Shown here: positions 8,587 to 17,681 of the stretch, piece by piece
Numbering within the stretch: the stretch's first letter is position 1
Layout of the letters: the number at the start of each line of letters is the position of its first letter
Assembly: GCA_902803315.1 (NCBI GenBank)
Contig: CADCPM010000085.1
Span: 35-64,034, forward strand
Direction: 5' to 3'
From: an uncultured Coriobacteriaceae bacterium
GTDB lineage: Bacteria; Actinomycetota; Coriobacteriia; Coriobacteriales; Atopobiaceae
DNA length: 64,000 nt
The notes under the pieces: model-generated
The model's input: the letters and a program-made list of their open reading frames with translations, nothing else
What the model was told of the DNA's origin: nothing
Databases searched by the model: none
Position numbers and translations under genes: made by a program

Positions 8587-11064
8587 ATGAAGCAATCCTT
8601 GCCTGAGCTGTTGGCGCCTGCCGGTGGTCCCGAAGAGTTCAATGCAGCGCTTTTTGCGGGAGCCGACGCAATTTACTGTGGCTTTGGCAAGACCTTCAAC
8701 GCGCGCAGGGGTGCGCAGAGCTTCACGTCAAAGAACTTTGGCGAGGCCTGCCGTCGCGCACATGTTGCAGGAGCACGCGTGTATGTGACGGTAAACGTGG
8801 TGATTCGCGACGACGAGATGCCTTCGGTCTTGGCGCTTGTGCGCCGTGCGTGGCTGCTGGGCGCCGATGCCTTTATTATTCAAGACTGGGGCTTGCTTTA
8901 TGAGATCCACAAGCGATGGCCAAACATAGAGTGTCACATCTCCACGCAGGCAAACGTGCATGACGCACGTGCGAGCAGGTGGTGCGCATCGGTTGGCGCA
9001 TCGCGCGTTACGCTCTCGCGCGAGCTTTCCCTAAAAGAGATCGAGCGTATTGCGCAAACGGGCGTCGAGTTGGAATGCTTTTGTCACGGTGCCATATGCA
9101 TTTGCTATTCAGGCGTATGTCAGATGAGCTCATGCGCAGGCGATCGCTCGGCGAACAGAGGTTCTTGCGCACAGCCGTGTCGCCTCCCATACGAGTTGGT
9201 AGACGAGTGGGGAGAAGTGCTCTCGACGCCAGACAGGGGACGACCTCTTTGTCCAAGGGATTTCTATTCCTTCGAGCGATTGGATCAGATGATTGACGCA
9301 GGCGTCCGGTCGCTTAAGGTCGAGGGCCGACTCAAGGGCTCCGATTACCTCGTTTCGGTAGTCGGGACGTATAGGAAGCAGCTTGATGACCTTGCGAAAG
9401 GAGTGGGGCCCGACGAAAAGGAACTTGCGAATCGCAAGATGAGCCTCAAGCGTGCTTTCAACCGAGACTTCACCGACGCATATTTGCTGGGGACCTCTGG
9501 CGACGAGCTCATGAGCTACGAGCGCTCCAACAATCGTGGTGAGCTGGTGGGCGTAGTCGTTGACTCGCAGCTGTTGGGTAGGACCAAGGTGCGCAGAGGT
9601 GGCCATGGCGGCGGAAGGGAACGTCTCCGTACGGTAGCGATCGCCCAAACGGACGTTGAGCTGTCCAAGCCAATCGGGCAGGGCGACCTCTTGGAGATAA
9701 GGCCTAAGGGCGACCCCGACCAGTTTCTTACCACCTATGCGCCTAGCGATGCCGCCGCGAACACGATAGTTACCTGCACGACTAAGCGCGTAATGGCTCA
9801 AGGGTCTTTCGTGCGCGTAATACGCAGTAAAAAGGCAATGGAACGAGGATCGCGAGCGGCGAGTCTGGAAATTGCTCGCAAGCGCAGGATACACGCGACG
9901 GTACGAGCACGTCTCGGAGAGCCGTTCGAAGTCAAGCTTGCGACGCTTGATGGAGAAGCTGAGGCTTATGCACGAGGTTTTGCGGTGGAAGCCGCCCGTA
10001 CGCGTGCGGTTACAGAAGAGGACTTGGCGGAACACGTGGGCCGTATGGGAAGTACGCCCTTCGAGCCGGTGTCGTTTGACATAAAGCTGGACGAAGGATG
10101 CGGTATGTCTTTCTCGGAGGTACACAAGGTGCGCTCACAAGCGTGCGAGGCCTTGGAGCAAGCCCTGGTGAACCCGTACTCCTCGCGCGAGCTCACCAAT
10201 GCGCCCTCACGCGAGGCCATCCGCGCAGAACTGGGGCTTGCCCACGCGGATGTGCTGCCGGAGGACGCCGTGGAAATCTGCGCCGTAGTTACATCGGCTG
10301 ACATGGCACGCAAGGTTTTAGAGGCTGGTGCGACGAGACTCTATGCAACGGCGGACGCATTGTTGGCTGGTAAAGGCTGGCCGCAAGGTGTGGTGCCTTT
10401 GCTGGATGAGGTGTGTCGCGAAGCCGACCATGCGAGGTTGGATCCATGGGTGCGAAGGGGCGAGCCCGTTGCCGTAGGAAACGTGTCGGAGCTCGTGCTT
10501 GCGCATGAGCGTGGTGCGTTGCCCGAATTGCGTGGCTGCATTCCCGTGCACAATTCCTCCTGCATCAAGACGCTGATGGATGCTGGCGCTAAAGGGCTGT
10601 GGCTCTCTGCGGAGCTCTCGCTTGCCGAAATCGAGGCGTTTGTCTCACTCGTTCGTATTCCTGTGGGCGTGGTGGTGTATGGTCGAACACGCGCGATGAC
10701 CTGTGAGCATTGCGTGCTGCAGGTTGCGGGCACGTGTTGCGAGGACTGTGCCAAGTGTTCGCTTAGAACGCGGAAAACGTACTTGCGCGGAGGGAAACGG
10801 GAGCGTTATCCCGTGCAAACGGACTTACAGGGCAGGTCGCGAGTATATGCGGCCAAGCTGCTGGACACCACGCATCAGGTTCCGCAGCTCGTTGAGGCGG
10901 GAGTTCGTCGGTTTGCGGTGGACTGTACGCTGCTCTCTGTCGAGGAGTCGGTCGTGGCCGTTCGTCAGGCAGCGCATTCCGTACGGGCGTGGCGTGATGG
11001 TTGTATGCCCCAGCAGTGCGCGTCTAACCGCACCTCGGGCCACTTGTTTGCACCCATTGCATAA
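8587..11064 (+). CDS. Peptidase U32 family protein, long (~825 aa) form.
   Basis: 'MKQSLPELLAPAGGPEEFNAALFAGADAIYCGFGKTFNARR' is a typical U32 N-terminus. The conserved Cys cluster is 'CHGAICICYSGVCQMSSCAGDRSANRGSCAQPCRLPY'. The ATG at 8587 follows the upstream stop; the ORF-track start at 8377 overlaps the preceding gene. Confidence 0.85.
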   Translation: MKQSLPELLAPAGGPEEFNAALFAGADAIYCGFGKTFNARRGAQSFTSKNFGEACRRAHVAGARVYVTVNVVIRDDEMPSVLALVRRAWLLGADAFIIQDWGLLYEIHKRWPNIECHISTQANVHDARASRWCASVGASRVTLSRELSLKEIERIAQTGVELECFCHGAICICYSGVCQMSSCAGDRSANRGSCAQPCRLPYELVDEWGEVLSTPDRGRPLCPRDFYSFERLDQMIDAGVRSLKVEGRLKGSDYLVSVVGTYRKQLDDLAKGVGPDEKELANRKMSLKRAFNRDFTDAYLLGTSGDELMSYERSNNRGELVGVVVDSQLLGRTKVRRGGHGGGRERLRTVAIAQTDVELSKPIGQGDLLEIRPKGDPDQFLTTYAPSDAAANTIVTCTTKRVMAQGSFVRVIRSKKAMERGSRAASLEIARKRRIHATVRARLGEPFEVKLATLDGEAEAYARGFAVEAARTRAVTEEDLAEHVGRMGSTPFEPVSFDIKLDEGCGMSFSEVHKVRSQACEALEQALVNPYSSRELTNAPSREAIRAELGLAHADVLPEDAVEICAVVTSADMARKVLEAGATRLYATADALLAGKGWPQGVVPLLDEVCREADHARLDPWVRRGEPVAVGNVSELVLAHERGALPELRGCIPVHNSSCIKTLMDAGAKGLWLSAELSLAEIEAFVSLVRIPVGVVVYGRTRAMTCEHCVLQVAGTCCEDCAKCSLRTRKTYLRGGKRERYPVQTDLQGRSRVYAAKLLDTTHQVPQLVEAGVRRFAVDCTLLSVEESVVAVRQAAHSVRAWRDGCMPQQCASNRTSGHLFAPIA

Positions 11065-11191
11065 GTCGTGCATGTGGGATGGTTTTCAGATGGATAGCCT
11101 CTGTTGTGGTCGTGCAGTTTTGCATTGTCCTTATACACGGCGGCCATTTTGGGTAGCATCCTTAGGCATCGAATGTTTTTAGGAGGGCTTT

Positions 11192-11452
11192 ATGGCAGAC
11201 GAAGAGAAGGACCAAACCATCAATCGCGAGCTGTTGGAAGCGACGCTCAATGTAATACGTCAGAGCCTGCAAGCCGATGGTGGCGACGTTGTGTTGGTTG
11301 ACGTGGAGGACGAGACGGGTACGGTAACGCTGGAGATGCAGGGTGCCTGTGCCGGTTGTCCGCTGTCTTCCTACGACATGAGCGAGGGCATTGAGCGTAT
11401 CCTACGTGAGCATGTGCCCGGCGTAAAGCGTGTGGCACCTGCGGTGTTTTAA
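11192..11452 (+). CDS. NifU-like Fe-S cluster scaffold/carrier domain protein (Nfu type).
   Basis: 86 aa with 'LQADGGDVVLVDVEDETGTVTLEMQGACAGCPLSS', i.e. the CxxC motif of the NifU C-terminal domain. Confidence 0.8.
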   Translation: MADEEKDQTINRELLEATLNVIRQSLQADGGDVVLVDVEDETGTVTLEMQGACAGCPLSSYDMSEGIERILREHVPGVKRVAPAVF

Positions 11453-11460
11453 CCGAGAGA

Positions 11461-11491
11461 CCCTAACTTGGGGACTGTCCCCAAGTTAGGG
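11461..11491. repeat. Family-2 perfect palindrome (putative terminator hairpin).
   Basis: CCCTAACTTGGGGAC-T-GTCCCCAAGTTAGGG lies 9 nt after the NifU-like stop and 40 nt before the next start. There is no U-tract. Confidence 0.85.
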
Positions 11492-11531
11492 TGCGGGGTT
11501 GCAATGTCCAGAGCGGCTATGGAGGTTGAAA

Positions 11532-13985
11532 ATGGAACTCAAATGTACCGAGCTCACGCGAGGGTCGGGAAAGATTTACCTTCGAGTCGAATGGGAGGGC
11601 GCCCAGAGCTCCGACCATTACGAGGCGCGCGCCTTGTCCGTTACAAAAAAGGGCGCACCGCTTCCTGCTACCGTGCTGCCGGTCTTGCACGAGCGTGCGT
11701 TTGTGGTGGTAGTGGCGGTTCTTCGGGTTTCTCAGTACGTGAGCTTGGAGCTCATAGACGAGCGTGGCATTCCTATGGGAGCCGTGGAGAAGCGCGTTCC
11801 GCCGCTTACCGCAAAACTCACTTCGCAGATCAACACGCTGAGAAAGAATGCCGACGCCGAAGCGATTCGCAATTTTGACGAGGGATCGCAACGCGATGGC
11901 ATATACGTGGACTTTGGCGTGTTCATTTTCCACGACATGGGCGACATGGATGTGGTATACGGCACCGTTGACGTCCTAACGACGTCGCCTGAGGAGCTGG
12001 ATGCAGACGTTACGTTGCGGTTCTATGGCGCGAGCGGCTCGCTTTTGGATAATGGCGCCTGGACCAACATGGGCGAAACGCGCTCAAAGAGCAAGGAGCA
12101 CCCGGGGGCCTTTGTGCATCGGGTGGGTTTCTCGGTGCGCGTGCCAAGGTCTTTGTCGTACATCGCTTGCTGGGTGCTTGTGGGGAATGAGGCGGATTCG
12201 CAAAGGACTGCCATCGCATGCATGAGGCCATTCGAGATACGTGGTCGCCGAGATTACTGGAATGACTTTTCGGAATGTGCCCAATACACACCGAAGTACG
12301 ACGAGTGGTTTAGGACCAAGCACCGTACCACGGTCTTTGACCTCGGCCTTCAACGCGCTCGACGCTTTGCCATAGAGCCGTTTTTCTCGGTGGTCGTACC
12401 TGTGTACAAGACACCCCACGACTTCTTCTGCCAGATGGCGGATTCGGTCCTCTCGCAAACCTACGGCAAGCTCGAGCTCATATTGGTGGATGCCTCTCCC
12501 GAGGATGCGGGGCTGTGCTCGCTTATTGAGGAATATGCCCAAAGGGACAAGCGCGTGCGCGTGGTGCGTATGAGCGAGAACCTTGGCATCGTTGGCAACA
12601 CCTATGCGGGAGTGGCACATGCCACGGGCGACTTTATCTCGTTCTTCGATCACGATGACGTGTTGGAGCCTGACCTTCTGTATCACTATGTGGAAGGAAT
12701 CAACGCGTATCCCACCACAGACCTTCTTTATTGCGACGAAGACAAGTTGCAGGACGGCATCTACGTAAGTCCCTATTTCAAGCCCGACTGGAATCCCGAT
12801 TTGCTGTGCAGCAACAACTATGTGTGTCACCTGCTCACCGTGCGCAAGAGCATCGTAGACGAGTTGGACAAGGACGGGCTGGAGCGCTATGAGGGGTCGC
12901 AGGACCATCACCTGACGCTCTTTGCGGGCGAGCGAGCGCGCAACGTGTATCATGCGCGCAAGGTTTTGTATCACTGGCGCATCCACGAGCAGTCCACCGC
13001 GGGCGAAGCGCAAAGCAAGTCGTATACCGAGGATGCCGGCGTGCGTGCCGTTCAGGCGCACTTGGATCGCTGCGGCATTCGGGCTCAGGCGCGCCCCTCG
13101 GGCGTTGCCCCGAATACGTATCACGTGGACTATGAGCTTGAGTCGGAGCCGCTTGTTTCCATTATTATCCCCAACAAGGACATGGTTCCCCTTCTCGATC
13201 GCTGCCTCTCGTCCATACGGAGCAAGTCCACGTATAGCAACTACGAGCTGCTCATTATTGAGAACAACAGCGTGGAGCAGACGACCTTTGAGTACTACGA
13301 GCAGGCAAAGAAGGAAGATTCGCGTGTGCGCGTGGTCGTGCAGCCAAGTGACGGTAGCTTCAACTTCTCGAAGACCATCAACTTCGGTGTTCGTCATGCA
13401 AAGGGAGACTACCTACTTTTCCTTAACAACGATACCGAGGTCATGGCGCCGAACTGGATTGAGCGGTTGCTCGGTCCGCTGCAGCAGCGCGATGACATTG
13501 GTGCGGTGGGCGCAAAGCTGGTGTACCCCAACGGACTTATTCAGCACGCGGGCGTTATGATTCACGGCATGAAGGGCCCGTTCCATGTGGCGCAGTTCAT
13601 GCCTTCGGGCACGCTTCACCAATACTGCGTCGTGCAACTCGCCTCGGACTACTCGGCGGTTACGGGAGCGTGTCTGCTTACTCGACGCTCCTTGTTCGAT
13701 CAGATCGGCGGCTTGGATGAGAGCCTGGCCGTTGACTATAACGACATCGATTTCTGCCTGAAGATCCGCAAGAAGGGCTTGTTGGTATTCTACGAGCCGG
13801 AAGCGCTTCTTATGCACTACGAATCCATCTCGCGCGGAGAGCATCGCAGCGATGAGCAGATGATTGGATGGAGCAGGGATACGGGCATTATGATGGGTCG
13901 TTGGATGCGGTATTACGGCGCAGGTGATCCGTACTGCAACCCGAATCTGGAGGTAAGCGCCTATCATCAGCTGAAGATGCGGTAG
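11532..13985 (+). CDS. Double-domain family 2 glycosyltransferase: an N-terminal ~270-aa unknown domain followed by two GT-A/GT2 modules. Likely a polymerising enzyme.
   Basis: The ATG at 11532 follows GGAGG. First GT2 module: 'FSVVVPVYKTPHDFFCQMADSVLSQTYGKLELILVDASPED', 'FFDHDDVL'. Second GT2 module: 'VSIIIPNKDMVPLLDRCLSSIRSKSTYSNYELLIIENNS', 'FLNNDTEV'. Paralogue of 41141..43573. Confidence 0.85.
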   Translation: MELKCTELTRGSGKIYLRVEWEGAQSSDHYEARALSVTKKGAPLPATVLPVLHERAFVVVVAVLRVSQYVSLELIDERGIPMGAVEKRVPPLTAKLTSQINTLRKNADAEAIRNFDEGSQRDGIYVDFGVFIFHDMGDMDVVYGTVDVLTTSPEELDADVTLRFYGASGSLLDNGAWTNMGETRSKSKEHPGAFVHRVGFSVRVPRSLSYIACWVLVGNEADSQRTAIACMRPFEIRGRRDYWNDFSECAQYTPKYDEWFRTKHRTTVFDLGLQRARRFAIEPFFSVVVPVYKTPHDFFCQMADSVLSQTYGKLELILVDASPEDAGLCSLIEEYAQRDKRVRVVRMSENLGIVGNTYAGVAHATGDFISFFDHDDVLEPDLLYHYVEGINAYPTTDLLYCDEDKLQDGIYVSPYFKPDWNPDLLCSNNYVCHLLTVRKSIVDELDKDGLERYEGSQDHHLTLFAGERARNVYHARKVLYHWRIHEQSTAGEAQSKSYTEDAGVRAVQAHLDRCGIRAQARPSGVAPNTYHVDYELESEPLVSIIIPNKDMVPLLDRCLSSIRSKSTYSNYELLIIENNSVEQTTFEYYEQAKKEDSRVRVVVQPSDGSFNFSKTINFGVRHAKGDYLLFLNNDTEVMAPNWIERLLGPLQQRDDIGAVGAKLVYPNGLIQHAGVMIHGMKGPFHVAQFMPSGTLHQYCVVQLASDYSAVTGACLLTRRSLFDQIGGLDESLAVDYNDIDFCLKIRKKGLLVFYEPEALLMHYESISRGEHRSDEQMIGWSRDTGIMMGRWMRYYGAGDPYCNPNLEVSAYHQLKMR

Positions 13986-14064
13986 GTACGCTGTCTAAGG
14001 TATGTGCTACCCTTAAAGCTGTTGTTTGTTAAACGTTCCATAAACACCTGAAGGGCAAGACACT

Positions 14065-14970
14065 ATGAAGGGAATCATACTTGCGGGCGGTAGCGGAACG
14101 CGACTGTATCCGCTCACTACCGTAACGAGCAAGCAATTGTTGCCAATATACGACAAGCCAATGGTCTATTATCCGCTTTCCACGCTTATGCTGGCGGGCA
14201 TACGTGACATCCTGCTCATCTCGACGCCACGCGATTTGCCGGGGTTCAGGAATCTTTTGGGGGATGGCAGCGACTTTGGCATAAGCCTCTCGTATGCCGA
14301 GCAGCCCAGTCCAGACGGTCTTGCACAGGCGTTCGTGATCGGCGCCGATTTTATTGGCGGCGAGGCGTGCGCGTTGGTGTTAGGCGACAACATCTTCTAT
14401 GGCAACGGCCTTTCCAATCGTCTGAGGTCCGCCGTTGCCGCAGCAGAGCAGGGCAAGGCTACCGTGTTTGGCTATCACGTGGACGATCCCGAGCGCTTTG
14501 GTGTGGTGGAGTTCGATAAGGACTACAACGCAATCTCCATAGAGGAGAAGCCCGCCCATCCCAAGAGCAACTACGCCGTTACGGGCCTTTACTTCTATCC
14601 GTCCTCGGTTACGTCTGAGGCAGCCGAGGTAAAGCCCTCAGCTCGTGGAGAGTACGAAATCACGGATCTTAACAAGCGCTACTTGGATCGTGGCGAGCTC
14701 GACGTGATTACGCTCGGTCGCGGTTTTGCGTGGTTGGATACGGGCACCATGGAGAGCCTCTATGAGGCGTCGGCGTTCGTGCGTACGGTAGAGAAGGCGC
14801 AGGATTTGCCTGTGAGCGTACCCGAAGAGATTGCGTATGTGCGCGGTTGGATCGACAGCGAGCGCCTCTTGCAATGTGCCGAGCGATACGGCAAGAGCGA
14901 CTACGGCGCGCACCTGCGCAAGGTTGCCGAGGGCAGGCTCGTGCCCGACAAGAACTACATGCAAAAATAG
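14065..14970 (+). CDS. rfbA: Glucose-1-phosphate thymidylyltransferase.
   Basis: '[55 protein letters not shown]', '[10 protein letters not shown]', '[10 protein letters not shown]'. Confidence 0.95.
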   Translation: MKGIILAGGSGTRLYPLTTVTSKQLLPIYDKPMVYYPLSTLMLAGIRDILLISTPRDLPGFRNLLGDGSDFGISLSYAEQPSPDGLAQAFVIGADFIGGEACALVLGDNIFYGNGLSNRLRSAVAAAEQGKATVFGYHVDDPERFGVVEFDKDYNAISIEEKPAHPKSNYAVTGLYFYPSSVTSEAAEVKPSARGEYEITDLNKRYLDRGELDVITLGRGFAWLDTGTMESLYEASAFVRTVEKAQDLPVSVPEEIAYVRGWIDSERLLQCAERYGKSDYGAHLRKVAEGRLVPDKNYMQK

Positions 14971-14978
14971 ACATGCTG

Positions 14979-15003
14979 GGCCCCAAAGTATTCCTTTGGG
15001 GCC
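14979..15003 (+). terminator. GC-rich stem-loop between rfbA and rfbD (possible attenuator or terminator; no U-tract).
   Basis: GGCCCCAAAG-TATTC-CTTTGGGGCC forms a 10-bp perfect stem 9 nt after the rfbA stop. Confidence 0.35.
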
Positions 15004-15054
15004 ATAAGGTCCATGGCCGCTTATGTTGGCGGAAGATTGCGGAAGGAATGCAAC

Positions 15055-15933
15055 ATGCGTCTATTGGTAACGGGAGCAAACGGGCAGCTCGGCAGGGCCT
15101 TGAAGGAGGCGCTTGCCAACGAGAATGCGCCACAGGCATATTTGGGCTGCAGCGCCGATTGGATTGATCTGCCCGACCTCGATATTGCGGATGCAAACTC
15201 CGTTGACGCATGGTTTGGGACGCATGAACACTACGATGTGGTGTTCAACTGCGCTGCCTTTACCAACGTCGATGGCTGCGAAACGAACTTTGCAGGCGCC
15301 TTTGCCGCAAACGCGCTTGGGCCCATGAATCTTGCTCGAGCCTGTGCGGCGAGTGACGCGACGTTGGTGCATGTGTCAACCGACTACGTATTCCCAGGTA
15401 ATGAGCCTGGCGAGCGTACGGAAGAGGACGTGCCGTCTCCCATTTCGGGCTATGGTCGATCCAAACTTGCGGGGGAGGGCCTTGCGTGCGCGATGAACCC
15501 CCGGACTCACGTGGTGCGCACAGCATGGCTCTATGGAGACGGAAAGAACTTCGTTCGCACGATGCTTGGCTTGGCCAAGACACACGACGAGGTAACGGTC
15601 GTGGACGACCAGTTTGGCAACCCCACCTCTGCCCGCGATTTGGCGCGGGAGCTTTTGCGCATTGCGCTCTGCGATTCGTTTGGCGTGTGGCATTGCACAA
15701 ACGAGGGAACGTGCTCGTGGGCGGACCTCACCCAGGCGGCATATGACATTGCGGGCTTTGATTGCAAGGTCAATCGCTGCACGTCTGCCGACTGGAAGCG
15801 GATGAATCCCCAGAGCGCCGACCGCCCCGCATATTCGTCGTTAAAGAACGCACATCTAGAGGCAACCATAGGCAATCATATGCGTCCTTGGCGGGAGGCA
15901 TTGGAGGAGTACCTACAACTGAGCGAGGCATAG
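15055..15933 (+). CDS. rfbD: dTDP-4-dehydrorhamnose reductase.
   Basis: 'MRLLVTGANGQLG', 'VFNCAAFTNVDGCE', 'LVHVSTDYVF', 'YGRSKLAGE' (YxxxK), 'VRTAWLYG'. The start was taken at the internal ATG 15055 of ORF 15013..15933. Confidence 0.9.
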   Translation: MRLLVTGANGQLGRALKEALANENAPQAYLGCSADWIDLPDLDIADANSVDAWFGTHEHYDVVFNCAAFTNVDGCETNFAGAFAANALGPMNLARACAASDATLVHVSTDYVFPGNEPGERTEEDVPSPISGYGRSKLAGEGLACAMNPRTHVVRTAWLYGDGKNFVRTMLGLAKTHDEVTVVDDQFGNPTSARDLARELLRIALCDSFGVWHCTNEGTCSWADLTQAAYDIAGFDCKVNRCTSADWKRMNPQSADRPAYSSLKNAHLEATIGNHMRPWREALEEYLQLSEA

Positions 15934-15991
15934 AGACTGCAAGCATCCAATGGAGTTGGCGATTTCTGAGACATGACTCTTGGGAGATAAG

Positions 15992-17605
15992 ATGATGCGA
16001 TTAACGGATGTCTTGCGAGGCAAACGCTTCATATGGTTGCTGCCTGCCTTGGGTGAGGGAGGCTCAGGCGGCCTACAGACCATCTTTCGCCATATCGATT
16101 ATTTGCAGTCGTGCGGTGCGCAATGTGACGTGTGCCCCACGGACGACATCGGCAGGTCGCTTGCACAGCTCAAACAGCAGATTGGCAGGTACTATGGCCT
16201 CACGGATGCGCATTTGGTCGACTTGACGCGCCTGGGGGAGTCTGGCCCATACGATCTGGCAATCGCGACCATGCACACGACGGTTTCCTATGCGATTGCC
16301 GTACCCAGTCGTACCAAAGCCTACTTCATCCAGGATTTCGAGCCGTGGTTTTATCCCATGGGAAACGAGTACCTAAGCGCGCTCTCTACCTACAGCGAGC
16401 AACTGACCCCCATTGTAATCGGGCGTTGGCTTGCCGCGCGCATGCATGATGACTTTGGCCACCAGGCATACGTCACCGATTTCTGCGCGGACCAGAACAT
16501 ATATCGACAGCTTTCGGACGCATGCGTAGAGCGTGCGGTCTGTGCCATTTGGCAGCCGGAAAAGCCGCGTCGTTGTGCCGCTTTGGTGGAGGAGACCTTT
16601 GCGCTTTTGCACGAGCTGCGTCCAGACCTACGCCTTTATCTGTATGGTTCCAAACAGAGATGCGCAAAGCTGCAGGGCGTCGCGCAAAACTTGGGCCTGC
16701 TGAGCAAGGAGGAGTGCAACGAGCTCTACAATAGGTGCCTGGCAGGCTTGTGCATAAGCTCTTCCAACCCGTCGCGCATTCCCTTTGAGATGATGGCTGC
16801 CGGTCTGCCGGTGGTAGACATCCACGCCCAGAACAATCTCTTTGACTTTTGCGACGAATCGGCATTGCTCGCGAGGCCTGTGCCCGATGCGCTCGCAGAG
16901 GCAATCATACGCTTTGTGGACGACGAGCGCCGTAGCATAGCGTCAAAGCGCGGCATTGCCTACATGCGAGAGCGTCCTGCCCGCATGGAGCAGGAGCAAT
17001 TCGCCCGCGCGGTGTGTCAGATACTCGACGGCTCTTCTGCGGCAGAGCGGGAAGCGCCTGTGCCTCTTTATACCAAAGACGCCGTTGTTGGGTCGTCGAA
17101 CGTTCGCGACGCATACCTAGCTCGTATGGCCAGGCAGCGCGAGGAGCGAGCGAGAACGATTGATTCCAGATGGGCACAGGTCGTGCTCGACGTGCAGGAC
17201 GAGACGACGACGTGCGATAACTGGCGTGCCTATGTATGGCATGATGCCAAGCAGCGCGATATGCAATGCTATGAGTTCACGCGCGATGCGGACGGTTTGC
17301 TCAGGGCGACCATAGATATTCAAAACCACGAAAGTCAGGACGGGGAATACCTCATCCATGTATATGCCGACCTTTTGGGGCAGAGCCATCTGCTTGCGGC
17401 CCTTTCATGCGTTTTTGTTGGCGAACAGAGCGACGTCTCTGAGGTTTCGTACGAGACGCCTGCATCCGACGGGCCAGCGTTGCCGTTTGTGAAGGCTCAT
17501 GTGGAACCGGCAAGCGAGCCCGCAAAGAGCGAAGCCGCGCCAAACCAGGAGCCTCGCCCTCAAGGCGTTCGTTCCTCTTTGCGTCGCCTTTTGCATAGGA
17601 GATAA
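15992..17605 (+). CDS. GT-B fold glycosyltransferase, WsaF-like (putative rhamnosyltransferase), with a C-terminal extension resembling a GBS Bsp-like repeat.
   Basis: N-terminus 'KRFIWLLPALGEGGSGGLQTIFRHIDYL' and GT-B C-terminal motif 'SSSNPSRIPFEMMAAGLPVVD'. The extension reads 'WRAYVWHDAKQRDMQCYEFTRDADGLLRATIDIQNHESQDGEYLIHVYA'. The start could be ATG 15992 or ATG 15995. Confidence 0.55.
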   Translation: MMRLTDVLRGKRFIWLLPALGEGGSGGLQTIFRHIDYLQSCGAQCDVCPTDDIGRSLAQLKQQIGRYYGLTDAHLVDLTRLGESGPYDLAIATMHTTVSYAIAVPSRTKAYFIQDFEPWFYPMGNEYLSALSTYSEQLTPIVIGRWLAARMHDDFGHQAYVTDFCADQNIYRQLSDACVERAVCAIWQPEKPRRCAALVEETFALLHELRPDLRLYLYGSKQRCAKLQGVAQNLGLLSKEECNELYNRCLAGLCISSSNPSRIPFEMMAAGLPVVDIHAQNNLFDFCDESALLARPVPDALAEAIIRFVDDERRSIASKRGIAYMRERPARMEQEQFARAVCQILDGSSAAEREAPVPLYTKDAVVGSSNVRDAYLARMARQREERARTIDSRWAQVVLDVQDETTTCDNWRAYVWHDAKQRDMQCYEFTRDADGLLRATIDIQNHESQDGEYLIHVYADLLGQSHLLAALSCVFVGEQSDVSEVSYETPASDGPALPFVKAHVEPASEPAKSEAAPNQEPRPQGVRSSLRRLLHRR

Positions 17606-17681
17606 GACCATGCAGCTTACGAGGCGTGTGCCATTGGGGCTCCACGGAAGAACTCATCAGAAGTGAAAGGTGGTTTTTAAC

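Noticed and set aside
12084-13397. Long antisense ORFs inside confident genes. Examples: 12084..13397, 450..1268, 3342..4199, 21967..23247, 42050..42982, 49652..50797, 58276..59937 and 62088..63038.
   Set aside because: They all overlap genes with strong family motifs on the opposite strand. Their translations are Arg/His/Gly-rich with no recognisable motifs. Stop-codon depletion in GC-rich DNA explains them.
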